A stretch of DNA of 34,570 nt from Desulfobacterales bacterium (GTDB taxonomy: Bacteria > Desulfobacterota > Desulfobacteria > Desulfobacterales > UBA5616). The notes under the pieces are model-generated. The model did not search any database. It saw only the letters and a program-made list of their open reading frames with translations, and had not been told where the DNA came from. The translations under genes were made by a program, and so were the position numbers. Below, one piece after another: positions 9,519-18,671 of the stretch. Numbering within the stretch: position 1 is the first letter of the stretch; each line of letters opens with the position of its first letter. The stretch is taken from the NCBI GenBank assembly GCA_046483495.1, contig JAWODC010000011.1:1-34570 (forward strand), in the 5' to 3' direction.

Positions 9519-9863
9519 ATGAAAAAAGTGGCGATCGTGGCATGCGGCAGCTATATGGATCAGGGATATGGGTGCCCCGGAGAATGGCGGTGCTTGAAAG
9601 CTGCAACCCTGGGGGAAGGTCATTTCGAGGAGCCTTCTCAGGTGGTTGCCTTACTCCAGTGCGATTGCCCGGGAAGGCCCATCATGTCGAATATGGGGAT
9701 GACGCTTAAGGCTCTTGAAATGAAGCCCGATGTCATTCATCTGAGTTCTTGCATGGTGAATGCCAAACCGGGGTGCCCCTACATGAACCCGGAAGAACTG
9801 GCTAAGAATATTGAAGACAAGTTCGGTATTCCAGTGATACTGGGGACCCACCAATATCCTTGA
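9519..9863 (+). CDS. CGGC-domain Cys-rich metal-binding protein
   Basis: C..CPGEWRC...QCDCPG...IHLSSC..CP...GTH pattern. AAAGGAG RBS. Confidence 0.8.
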   Translation: MKKVAIVACGSYMDQGYGCPGEWRCLKAATLGEGHFEEPSQVVALLQCDCPGRPIMSNMGMTLKALEMKPDVIHLSSCMVNAKPGCPYMNPEELAKNIEDKFGIPVILGTHQYP

Positions 9864-9915
9864 CAATATGCACGTTTACATCTTTAGATGGAAATCGAGT
9901 GCTGAAGAAAATAGC

Positions 9916-9940
9916 CCCGGGTGAATGTGTTTCACCCGGG
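9916..9940. terminator. Perfect 10-bp hairpin downstream of CGGC gene
   Basis: CCCGGGTGAA-tgtgt-TTCACCCGGG. The U-tract is weak, so the terminator role is uncertain. Confidence 0.45.
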
Positions 9941-10393
9941 TAGGTTCTGATTTTAAACACAACATTTCCCCTGCTTGTCTTTTAAATAATCAAAACCGGC
10001 ATCGTCGGGTGCGCTTGATCGGTCAATACAGAGCACAATGCCGGCGACCGGCCGAAACCCCTCCACCATCGCCCCTGGAAATAATTTTCCCAGCTTGAAA
10101 ATACATCAGAAAAGTCGACAGAATAAGGTTATCCAAGCCTGTTTTACATAGTTGACTCCATTTTCACCTTTTCTGTTTCATCATTAAAATCAGCAAAGAA
10201 AGTCGCTGAATTCGAGATGCGAAGGGAAGCGAATTGCATTCGATCATCAATAATTATTCGGGAGGTCTTTATAAGAACCATACGGCACATTAAGTGGAGA
10301 AAAAGCAGGGAAATACGCATCCCCGGAAGGGAGGTGGGGGTGCTTTAATACGGTCCCTAAAAGTATAACGTCTTTTAATCCGAGGTAACTTAC

Positions 10394-11554
10394 ATGAAAA
10401 CATTGAAACATGCATCGGTAATCGTCGGGTCGGTGGCATTAATAATGCCGGCCTTTTTCATAACGGCTTTTGCGCAAGTTGAGACGCTGCACACCAAGAA
10501 GGGCATCGAGGTGACGGTTCAGAACGTGGTCGACGGTTTGAACCACCCATGGGGCATGGCGTTTTTGCCGGATGGCAGGCTTCTGATCACCGAGCGAAAT
10601 ACCGGCAATCTTTATATGTTTGATTTCGACGACCATGCCCTTTCCGACCCATTACAGGGCGTGCCGGATGTCTGGGCGAACGGTCAGGGGGGACTGATGG
10701 ATGTAGCGCTCGATCCGAAATTTGCAGAAAACAGAACCATCTATTTATCTTATGCGAAGCCCGGTGAAGGCGGCAAAGCGACGACCGCACTGGGCCGCGG
10801 CAAGCTGACCGACGGCCGGGTGGAAAACTTCGAGGATATATTCGTCCAGGATCCCTACCTTATCGGGCCGAACCATTTCGGCAACCGCATCGAATTTTCT
10901 TCAAACGGCGATTATCTGTTTCTCGCGCTCGGTGAACGGTTTCAGTTCGACCCCGCGCAGGATTTGTCCAACCATCTCGGCACGACCGTCCGTATATATC
11001 CGGACGGCCGTGTGCCGGAAAACAATCCTTTTGTCGGCCGGGAAAATGCAGAAGATGAAATCTGGTCGTACGGCCACCGCAACATTGAAGCGATGGCGTT
11101 TCAGCCGGAGACGGGGGTGCTCTGGGTGGCTGAAATGGGGCCGATGGGTGGTGATGAACTGAACAAAATCGAAAAAGGCGCCAATTACGGTTGGCCGGTG
11201 GTCAGCTGGGGGGATCATTATGACGGCGGCGAAATACCGGACCCGCCGACCCATCCGGAATTTGAAGATGCCGTCCGGCACTGGAGTCCTGTCATTTCGC
11301 CATCGGGTATGACATTCTACAACGGCGACATGTTCCCCGACTGGAAAGGCAACGCCCTGATCGGTGGGTTGTCATCTCATGCCCTTATCCGGCTTGTATT
11401 CGAGGGCGCCGGCGTTCAAGAGGAAGATCGGCTGCCGTTGCCGGCCCGTATCCGTGATGTCGCCGCAGGGCCGGACGGTGCGATTTATGTGCTGACCGAC
11501 GAGAATAACGGCAGCCTTTGGCGGATAAGTACAATAAAAGAATCCCGGGAGTAA
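10394..11554 (+). CDS. PQQ-dependent sugar dehydrogenase (glucose/sorbosone dehydrogenase, YliI-like), exported
   Basis: Signal peptide; GLNHPWGMAFLPDG, GQGGLMDVALDP, NHFG, IWSYGHRN, GGDELN..GANYGWP, ISPSG, RIRDV. Confidence 0.92.
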   Translation: MKTLKHASVIVGSVALIMPAFFITAFAQVETLHTKKGIEVTVQNVVDGLNHPWGMAFLPDGRLLITERNTGNLYMFDFDDHALSDPLQGVPDVWANGQGGLMDVALDPKFAENRTIYLSYAKPGEGGKATTALGRGKLTDGRVENFEDIFVQDPYLIGPNHFGNRIEFSSNGDYLFLALGERFQFDPAQDLSNHLGTTVRIYPDGRVPENNPFVGRENAEDEIWSYGHRNIEAMAFQPETGVLWVAEMGPMGGDELNKIEKGANYGWPVVSWGDHYDGGEIPDPPTHPEFEDAVRHWSPVISPSGMTFYNGDMFPDWKGNALIGGLSSHALIRLVFEGAGVQEEDRLPLPARIRDVAAGPDGAIYVLTDENNGSLWRISTIKESRE

Positions 11555-11754
11555 TTCACGGGCACACAACCTGTTTTGACTTCCGAGTGAAATATTTTCA
11601 TGCTGCCGTTTCTATGCAAATTCGGTGTATTCGGAAACATCTTTGTGCATACTTTTTTTTCTTGCCGCAGATCTTTATTTTCTGTAAGAAATTTTTTTAA
11701 TTTACAAACCCGCATCGCAGAATCCGCTGCAACCCATCAGTAAAGGAGAAAAAA

Positions 11755-12099
11755 ATGACGACCAGCCAAATCGATGTCAACACCAATCGCAAGAAACAGC
11801 TTGGAAAATGCCTGGAGGCCATGCCGGATACGGCGAAACTGCTCGGGACTCAGGTCGTCGAAGCATACAAGGACGGTGCCATAAACAGTAAAACCAAAAG
11901 GCTCATGGCCATGGCCATAGCACTGGGCGCGGGGTGTACGAATTGTATTCTTGGGCAGGCAGAGGGCGCTTTGGAATTGGGGGCGACCAAGGAAGAATTC
12001 TTGGAAACCATTGCAGTGGTGGCCAGCATGCGAGGCACAACAGGGGTGGCGGAATCGCTGCGGGTAATTCAGTTCCTGGATGAAATGGGAAAACTGTAA
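11755..12099 (+). CDS. Carboxymuconolactone decarboxylase/AhpD-like protein
   Basis: DGAINSKTKRLMAMAIA..GCTNCI...GATKEEFLETI. AAAGGAG RBS. Confidence 0.85.
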   Translation: MTTSQIDVNTNRKKQLGKCLEAMPDTAKLLGTQVVEAYKDGAINSKTKRLMAMAIALGAGCTNCILGQAEGALELGATKEEFLETIAVVASMRGTTGVAESLRVIQFLDEMGKL

Positions 12100-12239
12100 T
12101 CTTCTGATGCAGCATAAATCCCATTGCTTCGCGGGCTTGTTCTGTGTATCCTTCTTCATGACCGGTATCCTGTCAAAATGGAAAAAGTGCCCGATAAACT
12201 GAGGATCTTTACCGATAACCATAACGCACGAGAACGTAA

Positions 12240-12635
12240 ATGGCTGAAATCTTCGATGATGTCGATGTGCAATCCTCTTATCTGAAGCATCTTGTAAAAG
12301 CAGTTCTGGAGCGCATTAGAAAGCATTCAGAAACGGCGGATACACTGTATTTTGGGAAAATCCGTGAGGGTTTACCAATCTTTGAGGGTAGTGTCACTGA
12401 AGAAGGTACAATTTACCTGAATCCTGCTAAGCTGGCAAATTACCCGGATGAAGTGGCCCAGGCAATTGTTGCTCATGAATTGGCGCATTATCACCTGGAG
12501 CATTTTCGTGATAACCGTTGCACCAGAACAATGGCGTGTGAGAATGAAGCCGATGATCTGGCAAAAAGATGGGGGTTCAATGTAGATAAACTCAGAAAAG
12601 TAATCAGCATCGAGTCCAGTTCCAAGCGTGAATAA
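12240..12635 (+). CDS. Small HExxH zinc-metallopeptidase-like protein (M48-like minimal domain)
   Basis: AIVAHELAHYHLEH followed by ENEADDLA. Confidence 0.65.
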   Translation: MAEIFDDVDVQSSYLKHLVKAVLERIRKHSETADTLYFGKIREGLPIFEGSVTEEGTIYLNPAKLANYPDEVAQAIVAHELAHYHLEHFRDNRCTRTMACENEADDLAKRWGFNVDKLRKVISIESSSKRE

Positions 12636-12762
12636 GATGAGCGTTCTCACCTTAACCGGGGCTTGACCGGTTCAGACGGCGGTCGAGGCCGGCGAACGGC
12701 CCTGGACCGCTTTGTCCTTCGCTATGGAACGCGAACGTTGAAATGAAAGAAGAAAGGGCGGC

Positions 12763-13197
12763 ATGAACAAGAAACGATACTTCAAAGAGGGGATTATCGG
12801 TGAAAAGGACGGCGCTCCGGCGCTTATGGGCCGGATGTGTGCGGAATGCAAACAGAAATCGTTCCCCCCGACCGAACTTTGCCCGTATTGTGCGTCGGAC
12901 AAATTGGAAAACACATTTCTCGAAGATGAAGTGACGGTTCTTGCAGCTGCAACGACGCGAGCGCCGGTGCCGCCCTATGAACCACCGTTCACACTGGCCA
13001 TGGTGGACATGAAGGGCGGCATTCGAACCATCGGCCGTGTCGAAAAAGATGAAGATGCGACGATCAGGAAAGGCGACACGTTGGCTGTCAGGTTCGGGAA
13101 GCTTTACGAAGAGACGGTGTTCAACAAGAAATTGAAATGCAACGAGACGATCGATGTGATCGGCTATTATTTCGTGCCCAAAGAGCAGCGGGGGTGA
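12763..13197 (+). CDS. Zn-ribbon/OB-fold (DUF35) thiolase partner protein
   Basis: CAEC..FPP..CPYC zinc ribbon followed by an OB fold (PPFTLAMVD, G.RTIG). Ends 6 bp before the thiolase gene. Confidence 0.88.
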   Translation: MNKKRYFKEGIIGEKDGAPALMGRMCAECKQKSFPPTELCPYCASDKLENTFLEDEVTVLAAATTRAPVPPYEPPFTLAMVDMKGGIRTIGRVEKDEDATIRKGDTLAVRFGKLYEETVFNKKLKCNETIDVIGYYFVPKEQRG

Positions 13198-13203
13198 GCA
13201 ATC

Positions 13204-14373
13204 ATGAGAGATGTTTATGTACTTGGGATCGGGCAGACAAAGTTCGGCGTTTTCGAGAACTGCACCGGGGTTGATTTGGGCGTAATGGCATCGGTTGAAG
13301 CGGTGAAGGATGCCGGCATCAATGCCAAGGAAATCGAGGCGGCCTACGCCGGGTATTGTACAGGGCCTTCCACACAGGCGCAAATGGCCTTCATTCGCTT
13401 GGGGATCGGATCCATTCCCATTGCCAATCTGAACAATGCCTGCGCGAGCGGCAATACGGCCATTCACATGCTGTATAAAGACATCGCCGCGGGATTCTGC
13501 GATGTGGGTTTGGCGGCGGGATTCGAGTCCCTGACACAGGCCTCGAAAGAGCGGGGAAAGGGCCTGTTGACCATCAAAGAAGATTTCGGCGGGATGATGG
13601 GGCTTACCATGCCGGGTTTCTTCGGTTTTGTCTATCAACGGCTGATCGACGAACGAGGCGCAACCATGGAAGATCTCTGTTATCCGGCCATCAAAAATCA
13701 TTGCAATGCCCGGTTCAATCCCCTTGCCCAGTACAACAAACCCCTCACGTACGAGCAGATCATGGGCTCCCGGGTCGTGGTCGATCCGATTACCGTTCTG
13801 CAGTGCTGCCCCCAAAGCGACGGCGGAGCCGCCGTGATTCTGTGCTCGGAAGACTATTTTAAAAAGCACAATGTGAACAACCATCCGAAAATCAGGGTGG
13901 CCGCCTCTGTCATACACAGCAGCGGTTGGCTTTCCACCCGGCAGGACCCTCTGTTCAGTCAGGTAAACCGGGAAGCTGCGGACATGGCATACACCATGGC
14001 CGGCATCGAGCCCAAGGATCTGGATTTCGCCGAAATCCATGACGCCTTTTCCGGTGAAGAAATCGCGGCTTACGAGCCCTTGAGATTTTGCCCGGAAGGG
14101 GAATGCATCAAGTATGTTCGTGAAAAATATTTTGATTTGAACGGAAAGTTTCCCATCAACACCAGCGGTGGTCTGCTTTCACTGGGGCATCCCTTAGGGG
14201 CCAGCGGTACGCGGGTCAATTGTGAAGTGGCCCGGCAGCTGCGAAATCAGGCCGGCGGTTACCAGGTCGAGGGCGCCGGAATCGGCATGGCGCAGATGCT
14301 GGGCAGCGTGCTTTTCGGCGGCAATGAATCCGCCGTCGTATGCGGAATTCAGATTCTCGAGAGAGTCGAATAG
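13204..14373 (+). CDS. Thiolase family protein (SCP-x/BbsB/Ltp-type)
   Basis: GIGQTKFG, NNACASG (catalytic Cys), CCPQSDGGAA, AEIHDAF, INTSGGLLSLGHPLGASG. Confidence 0.92.
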   Translation: MRDVYVLGIGQTKFGVFENCTGVDLGVMASVEAVKDAGINAKEIEAAYAGYCTGPSTQAQMAFIRLGIGSIPIANLNNACASGNTAIHMLYKDIAAGFCDVGLAAGFESLTQASKERGKGLLTIKEDFGGMMGLTMPGFFGFVYQRLIDERGATMEDLCYPAIKNHCNARFNPLAQYNKPLTYEQIMGSRVVVDPITVLQCCPQSDGGAAVILCSEDYFKKHNVNNHPKIRVAASVIHSSGWLSTRQDPLFSQVNREAADMAYTMAGIEPKDLDFAEIHDAFSGEEIAAYEPLRFCPEGECIKYVREKYFDLNGKFPINTSGGLLSLGHPLGASGTRVNCEVARQLRNQAGGYQVEGAGIGMAQMLGSVLFGGNESAVVCGIQILERVE

Positions 14374-14386
14374 ACACAGCTCGCTT

Positions 14387-15622
14387 TTATTTGTTCCGCA
14401 TCTCGAGAGGCGCGTGCAAGGGCCGAACCATTAAAATGGTAACGATCCCGATACCGTTTAGAAAAATCAACAACAGCCATAATGGTTGATAATGATGGAA
14501 GGTATCGAATATCCAGCCGCCCAGGGTCGGCCCGATAATTGCGGCAATGCTGCTCACCCCCATGGTTAAACCCACCATTTTTCCGAACGAAGCGCGGCCG
14601 AAATATTCTCGAATAATCGCGCCTCTCAAACTCATTCCACCCCCATATCCGGTGGGAAAAATCAGGACGAAGATCAGAACGGCCCAGGTAGATTGGATCT
14701 GAAGAAACATGATCAGCCCCAGGCACATTAAACCGTAACTTAAGGCGATCATACGCCTCTTATCGTGCATGTCTCCAAGCCACCCGAAACCGAAGCGGCC
14801 GATCATGCTGCACAAAGGAACGCCTGCAGAGATCATCCCTGCAGTGTATCTGGAGACGCCCATGCTGCTCAAATAAGGCATGATGTGCATGATCAGGGTT
14901 CCAACCGTCATCATTCGGAATGCTTCAGCAGAAACGATAAGCAGAAAGGATCGGTTTCTAAGGGCCTGCCGAAACGTCACCGGTGCGTCGGGATGATCGC
15001 GTTCAGCCACGGCTGATGTATCAAGCGGATCGATACCATCGGGCAGCATGCCGTACAGTTCGGGTTTGTTGCGGATGACGAAGGACAACGGCAAGCCGAT
15101 CATCCACGCACCGACACCAAGGTATAAAAACGTGCTTCGCCAACCATAGGCTTCGATCAATGCGACGACGAGCGGGACCATCAGGCCGGATGCCCCGAAG
15201 CCGCATACAGCGATTCCCATTGCCAACCCGACACGCCTTCTGAACCAGTTGGCCACCACCGCCATCACCACCACGCTGGTGCAGCCGCCCGCACCAAAAG
15301 CCAGCAAAAGGAAGCACAGATAAAACATGGGGAGGCTGTGGATCGTGCTGAGCAGGATCAACGCAAACCCGACAACGATCATTCCGATCAGGATGATGAT
15401 CCTCGATCCGAACCGGTCTATCAAGATCCCGACAAAAGGAGCGAAAATTCCCATCTCCAACCCACGGATCGAAGAGGCCAACGACACCTGGGTATAACTC
15501 CAGCCGAACTCTCGGACCAAAGGGTCGACGAATGCGGTAAAGCTGTAGAAAATGGCACCGGCAACATAAAGCCCTAAGACAAACGAAGCCAGGACGATCC
15601 ACCATCCATAGAAGATTTTCAT
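14387..15622 (-). CDS. Major facilitator superfamily transporter
   Basis: About 12 hydrophobic segments; motif A GILIDRFGSR and GWLGDMHDKR; WFRRRVGLAMG. Confidence 0.92.
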   Translation of the reverse strand: MKIFYGWWIVLASFVLGLYVAGAIFYSFTAFVDPLVREFGWSYTQVSLASSIRGLEMGIFAPFVGILIDRFGSRIIILIGMIVVGFALILLSTIHSLPMFYLCFLLLAFGAGGCTSVVVMAVVANWFRRRVGLAMGIAVCGFGASGLMVPLVVALIEAYGWRSTFLYLGVGAWMIGLPLSFVIRNKPELYGMLPDGIDPLDTSAVAERDHPDAPVTFRQALRNRSFLLIVSAEAFRMMTVGTLIMHIMPYLSSMGVSRYTAGMISAGVPLCSMIGRFGFGWLGDMHDKRRMIALSYGLMCLGLIMFLQIQSTWAVLIFVLIFPTGYGGGMSLRGAIIREYFGRASFGKMVGLTMGVSSIAAIIGPTLGGWIFDTFHHYQPLWLLLIFLNGIGIVTILMVRPLHAPLEMRNK

Positions 15623-16078
15623 GGTTTTCTTGCGCTTGGCAGGTTCCGAAAGATCATAATCCGTTTTGAAATCCTGTCATAAATATGGACATTGTCAAGC
15701 ATAAACGATTCGGCATCCCTTAAATGGAATGCGATGTCCGGAACCCATGCATATACCCCAAACTGATTCGGCATGCCGAGGAGCGCCATTATGCTTTGAA
15801 AATCCCCGGACTACAATCGATGATGCCGGGGATGAAAAAAGCCGCGTGATATGACGGCGAATAGTGTTCATAGCATAGGTTCGTTTTTTCTTCTCGGATA
15901 TGGCAAATGACGTGTGGCTTTATGAATATAAATAGTGTATTAAGTACCAGAATGCCATTTCATTATGGATGCAGGAAATCGTCAACAAATACGATCGAAT
16001 ATCTGCGGCCCTTTTTAACACAACTGAGGTCTTGCAATCGCTTTTCGTCACCAATTCAATTCACAAGGAGGTAGTACT

Positions 16079-17317
16079 ATGGCTGAAGAAGGAAGAAAGG
16101 ACACCCCGGAGCAGGCCGAGTTTCGAAAACATTGCCGTGATTGGCTTTCCGAAAACCTGCCCGGTCCCCCGCCTGTCCGTCTGCCGCAATCGGGTATAGA
16201 AATCACCACCCGGGAACAGCTTGACTATTTAACGGCTTGGCAGAGATCCGCTTATAACGCCGGCCTGGTGGGGTGTGATTACCCACGGGAATACGGAGGA
16301 GGAGGGCGGACAGATTGCCAGCGCATCGCCAATGAAGAGATGCAGCGGTTCGGGACCCCGTTTTTCCCTAACGTAATAGCCCTGGGAATGGCGGCGCCGA
16401 CCATCTATCATCATGGATCGGAAGAATTGAAAAAACGGTTTATTCCCAAAATCCTTTCCTGTGAAGAAATCTGGTGCCAGGGATTCAGTGAGCCGGATGC
16501 CGGTTCCGACCTGGCGAATGTTCAGACCTTCGCGGAAAGGAAGGGGGACAAATGGATCATCAACGGCCAGAAAATCTGGACGTCATTGGCGACCTTCGCT
16601 TCGTGGATCATTCTTCTCTGCCGCCATGACCGAACGGAAAAACATGGCGGACTGACCTATTTTATCGCCCCTGTCAAAGATGTTTTGGGCAAAGCGGTAG
16701 ATGTTCGTCCCCTGATCAAGATGACGGGCGAAGCGGGTTTTAACGAAGTGTTTTTTACCGACCTCGAGATCCCCGATGCTTATCGGCTGGATGAGGTCGG
16801 AAACGGGTGGCAGGTCGCTATGACCACTCTATTGCACGAAAGAGGCGCAGGACCGTTGGTGACCCCGGCCGCAGGCGGCCGATCATCCGAAGCCTCTGAA
16901 AAATCGTCGAATGCCGTTAAGCTCATCGATCTGGCCAAAAACTGTCGGCGTATGGGTAAACGAGCGGCGGATGACCCGGTTATAAGGGATCGAATTATGG
17001 ACCTGGTGATTCGGCAGAAAGGATTCGCCGAATCCATTCGCCGTGCCCGGGTAAAAGGGCTAACAGATCACCCGATGCGAATCCCCCAACAGGGCAAATT
17101 GCTGATGTCTGAAATTACACAGGATATCGCCGCTCTCGGTGTCGATATCGAGGGGGCCGCGGGCACGCTTTACATTGCAGACGAAAATGCACCGGCAGGG
17201 GGGCATTGGCCGCTTTCCTATCTGTCTTCATACGGCATGACCATCGCCGCCGGGACCAGTGAAGTATTGCGCAATATTTTAGGGGAGCGCGTTCTTGGCC
17301 TGCCCAAAACAAAATAA
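16079..17317 (+). CDS. Acyl-CoA dehydrogenase, catalytic subunit of a probable heteromeric ACAD
   Basis: WCQGFSEPDAGSDLA, INGQKIWTS, FNEVFF, TTLLHER, TIAAGTSEVLRNILGERVLGLPK. AAGGAGG RBS. Confidence 0.93.
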   Translation: MAEEGRKDTPEQAEFRKHCRDWLSENLPGPPPVRLPQSGIEITTREQLDYLTAWQRSAYNAGLVGCDYPREYGGGGRTDCQRIANEEMQRFGTPFFPNVIALGMAAPTIYHHGSEELKKRFIPKILSCEEIWCQGFSEPDAGSDLANVQTFAERKGDKWIINGQKIWTSLATFASWIILLCRHDRTEKHGGLTYFIAPVKDVLGKAVDVRPLIKMTGEAGFNEVFFTDLEIPDAYRLDEVGNGWQVAMTTLLHERGAGPLVTPAAGGRSSEASEKSSNAVKLIDLAKNCRRMGKRAADDPVIRDRIMDLVIRQKGFAESIRRARVKGLTDHPMRIPQQGKLLMSEITQDIAALGVDIEGAAGTLYIADENAPAGGHWPLSYLSSYGMTIAAGTSEVLRNILGERVLGLPKTK

Positions 17318-17329
17318 GGAGGAAAAATA

Positions 17330-18493
17330 ATGGGACAACAACCTCTAGACTTCGGATATGGCGTGGAGGAGCAGATTCTGAGAGCGGAAGTCCGAAAGTT
17401 CCTAAAAGATAATTGCGATACGCTGACGCTGATGGATCTGGTGGGGGCCGATCCGGACCCGGAAAGAAAACCCGAATGCCTTTGGGACAAAAAGGTCTGG
17501 AAAAAGATGACGAAGTTGGGCTGGACAACCCTTCCCGTACCCGAAGAATACGGCGGGATCGGCATGAGTGCGGTTGCCGTAGCCACCTTGGTCGAGGAGG
17601 TGGGCCGTGCTGCTTTCCCCTCACCGCTCGTTTCAAACGTCAATGCCACGTACGTGCTTATTGCATGCGGTTCCAAGGGCGCTGAAACCGCGCTGGCCGA
17701 GATTGCAAAGGATAAAACCGCGAGCCTTGCCGTTACCGATCGAAAAGGATCATGGCTCGGCATGGATACGGATGTCACCGCATCCGGCAGCGGTGACACG
17801 ATTACGCTGGACGGAACGGCCTGGTATGTGCAGGATGCCGGCAAAGTGGATTTTTTCATTGCAAGCGCACGATCCGAAGGCGGTATAGGACTGTACGTAA
17901 TTCCGGCCGATGCTCCGGGTGTGACCCTTCATCCGGATTCCATTGTAGACCTGACACGGGATCAGGCCCATATATCTTTTGAAAATGTAAAATTGGGGTC
18001 CGAACATATCGCGGCCGAACCGGGAACGGGGGAACAGGCCCTGAATGCAGCACAACCCGCCATTCTGACAATGGTTTCCGCTGATATGTGCGGGGCGGGC
18101 GAATGGCAGCTTCAGACCACTGCGGACTATGCCAAACAAAGGGTCCAGTTCGGACGTCCCATCGGTTTTTTTCAGGCGGTCAAGCATCCCATTGTCAATA
18201 TGATGATCATGATCGATTCGGCACGGTCCCATCTGTATAATGCCGCATGCGCCATCGATCATGAACCCGAACAGGCGGCTCTTTTTGCACACATGGCCAA
18301 GGCGGCGGCCGGCGATATGGCCGCATTCTGTTCCGGGCGATCGGTGCAGTATCACGGCGGAATGGGATTTACCTGGGAATGCAGTGTTCACCTGTATTTC
18401 AAGCGCCAGATGCACAATCGGCTGTTGTACGGCGACGCCGCGTACCACCGGGCTAAGCTGGCCGATATGATGATAGGTCCGATCGCCGCGTAG
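17330..18493 (+). CDS. Acyl-CoA dehydrogenase, partner subunit
   Basis: PEEYGG.G, RVQFGRPIGFFQAVKH, QYHGGMGFTWE. Lacks the FSEP.AGSD motif. Starts 12 bp after the upstream ACAD, with its own AAGGAGG RBS. Confidence 0.9.
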   Translation: MGQQPLDFGYGVEEQILRAEVRKFLKDNCDTLTLMDLVGADPDPERKPECLWDKKVWKKMTKLGWTTLPVPEEYGGIGMSAVAVATLVEEVGRAAFPSPLVSNVNATYVLIACGSKGAETALAEIAKDKTASLAVTDRKGSWLGMDTDVTASGSGDTITLDGTAWYVQDAGKVDFFIASARSEGGIGLYVIPADAPGVTLHPDSIVDLTRDQAHISFENVKLGSEHIAAEPGTGEQALNAAQPAILTMVSADMCGAGEWQLQTTADYAKQRVQFGRPIGFFQAVKHPIVNMMIMIDSARSHLYNAACAIDHEPEQAALFAHMAKAAAGDMAAFCSGRSVQYHGGMGFTWECSVHLYFKRQMHNRLLYGDAAYHRAKLADMMIGPIAA

Positions 18494-18515
18494 AAGCGCT
18501 TTCGATACTAGAGCA

Positions 18516-18671
18516 TTTAGATCGTTTGGATCGTTTAGAACGTTGAGATCGTTGAGAGAGTCGAGAGCGTATAAAGACTTCCCAACGATCCTAACGATTA
18601 TAACGATCCAAACGATCATAACAATCCAAACGATCATAACAATCCAAACGATCATAACGATCTAAACGACC
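18516..18671. repeat. Inverted pair of 9-bp tandem arrays (GATCGTTNN / NNAACGATC)
   Basis: Left arm ~18516-18570 and right arm ~18582-18671 are in opposite orientation. The right arm includes an 18-bp higher-order unit (ATCCAAACGATCATAACA). Confidence 0.9.

Noticed and set aside
12652..14040. 462-aa minus-strand ORF
   Set aside because: Antisense shadow of the DUF35 and thiolase genes, with no motifs of its own.
15707..15774. GATTCGGCAT direct repeat in the MFS/ACAD divergent spacer
   Set aside because: Only 10 bp, two copies 58 bp apart. Cannot be distinguished from chance without comparative data.
17750..18655. 301-aa minus-strand ORF starting MIVWIVMIVWIV
   Set aside because: The N-terminus is the translated 9-mer array and the rest is antisense to a well-supported ACAD gene.
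18516..18671. Possible CRISPR array
   Set aside because: Units are 9 or 18 bp and contiguous, with no unique spacers, and there are no cas genes.
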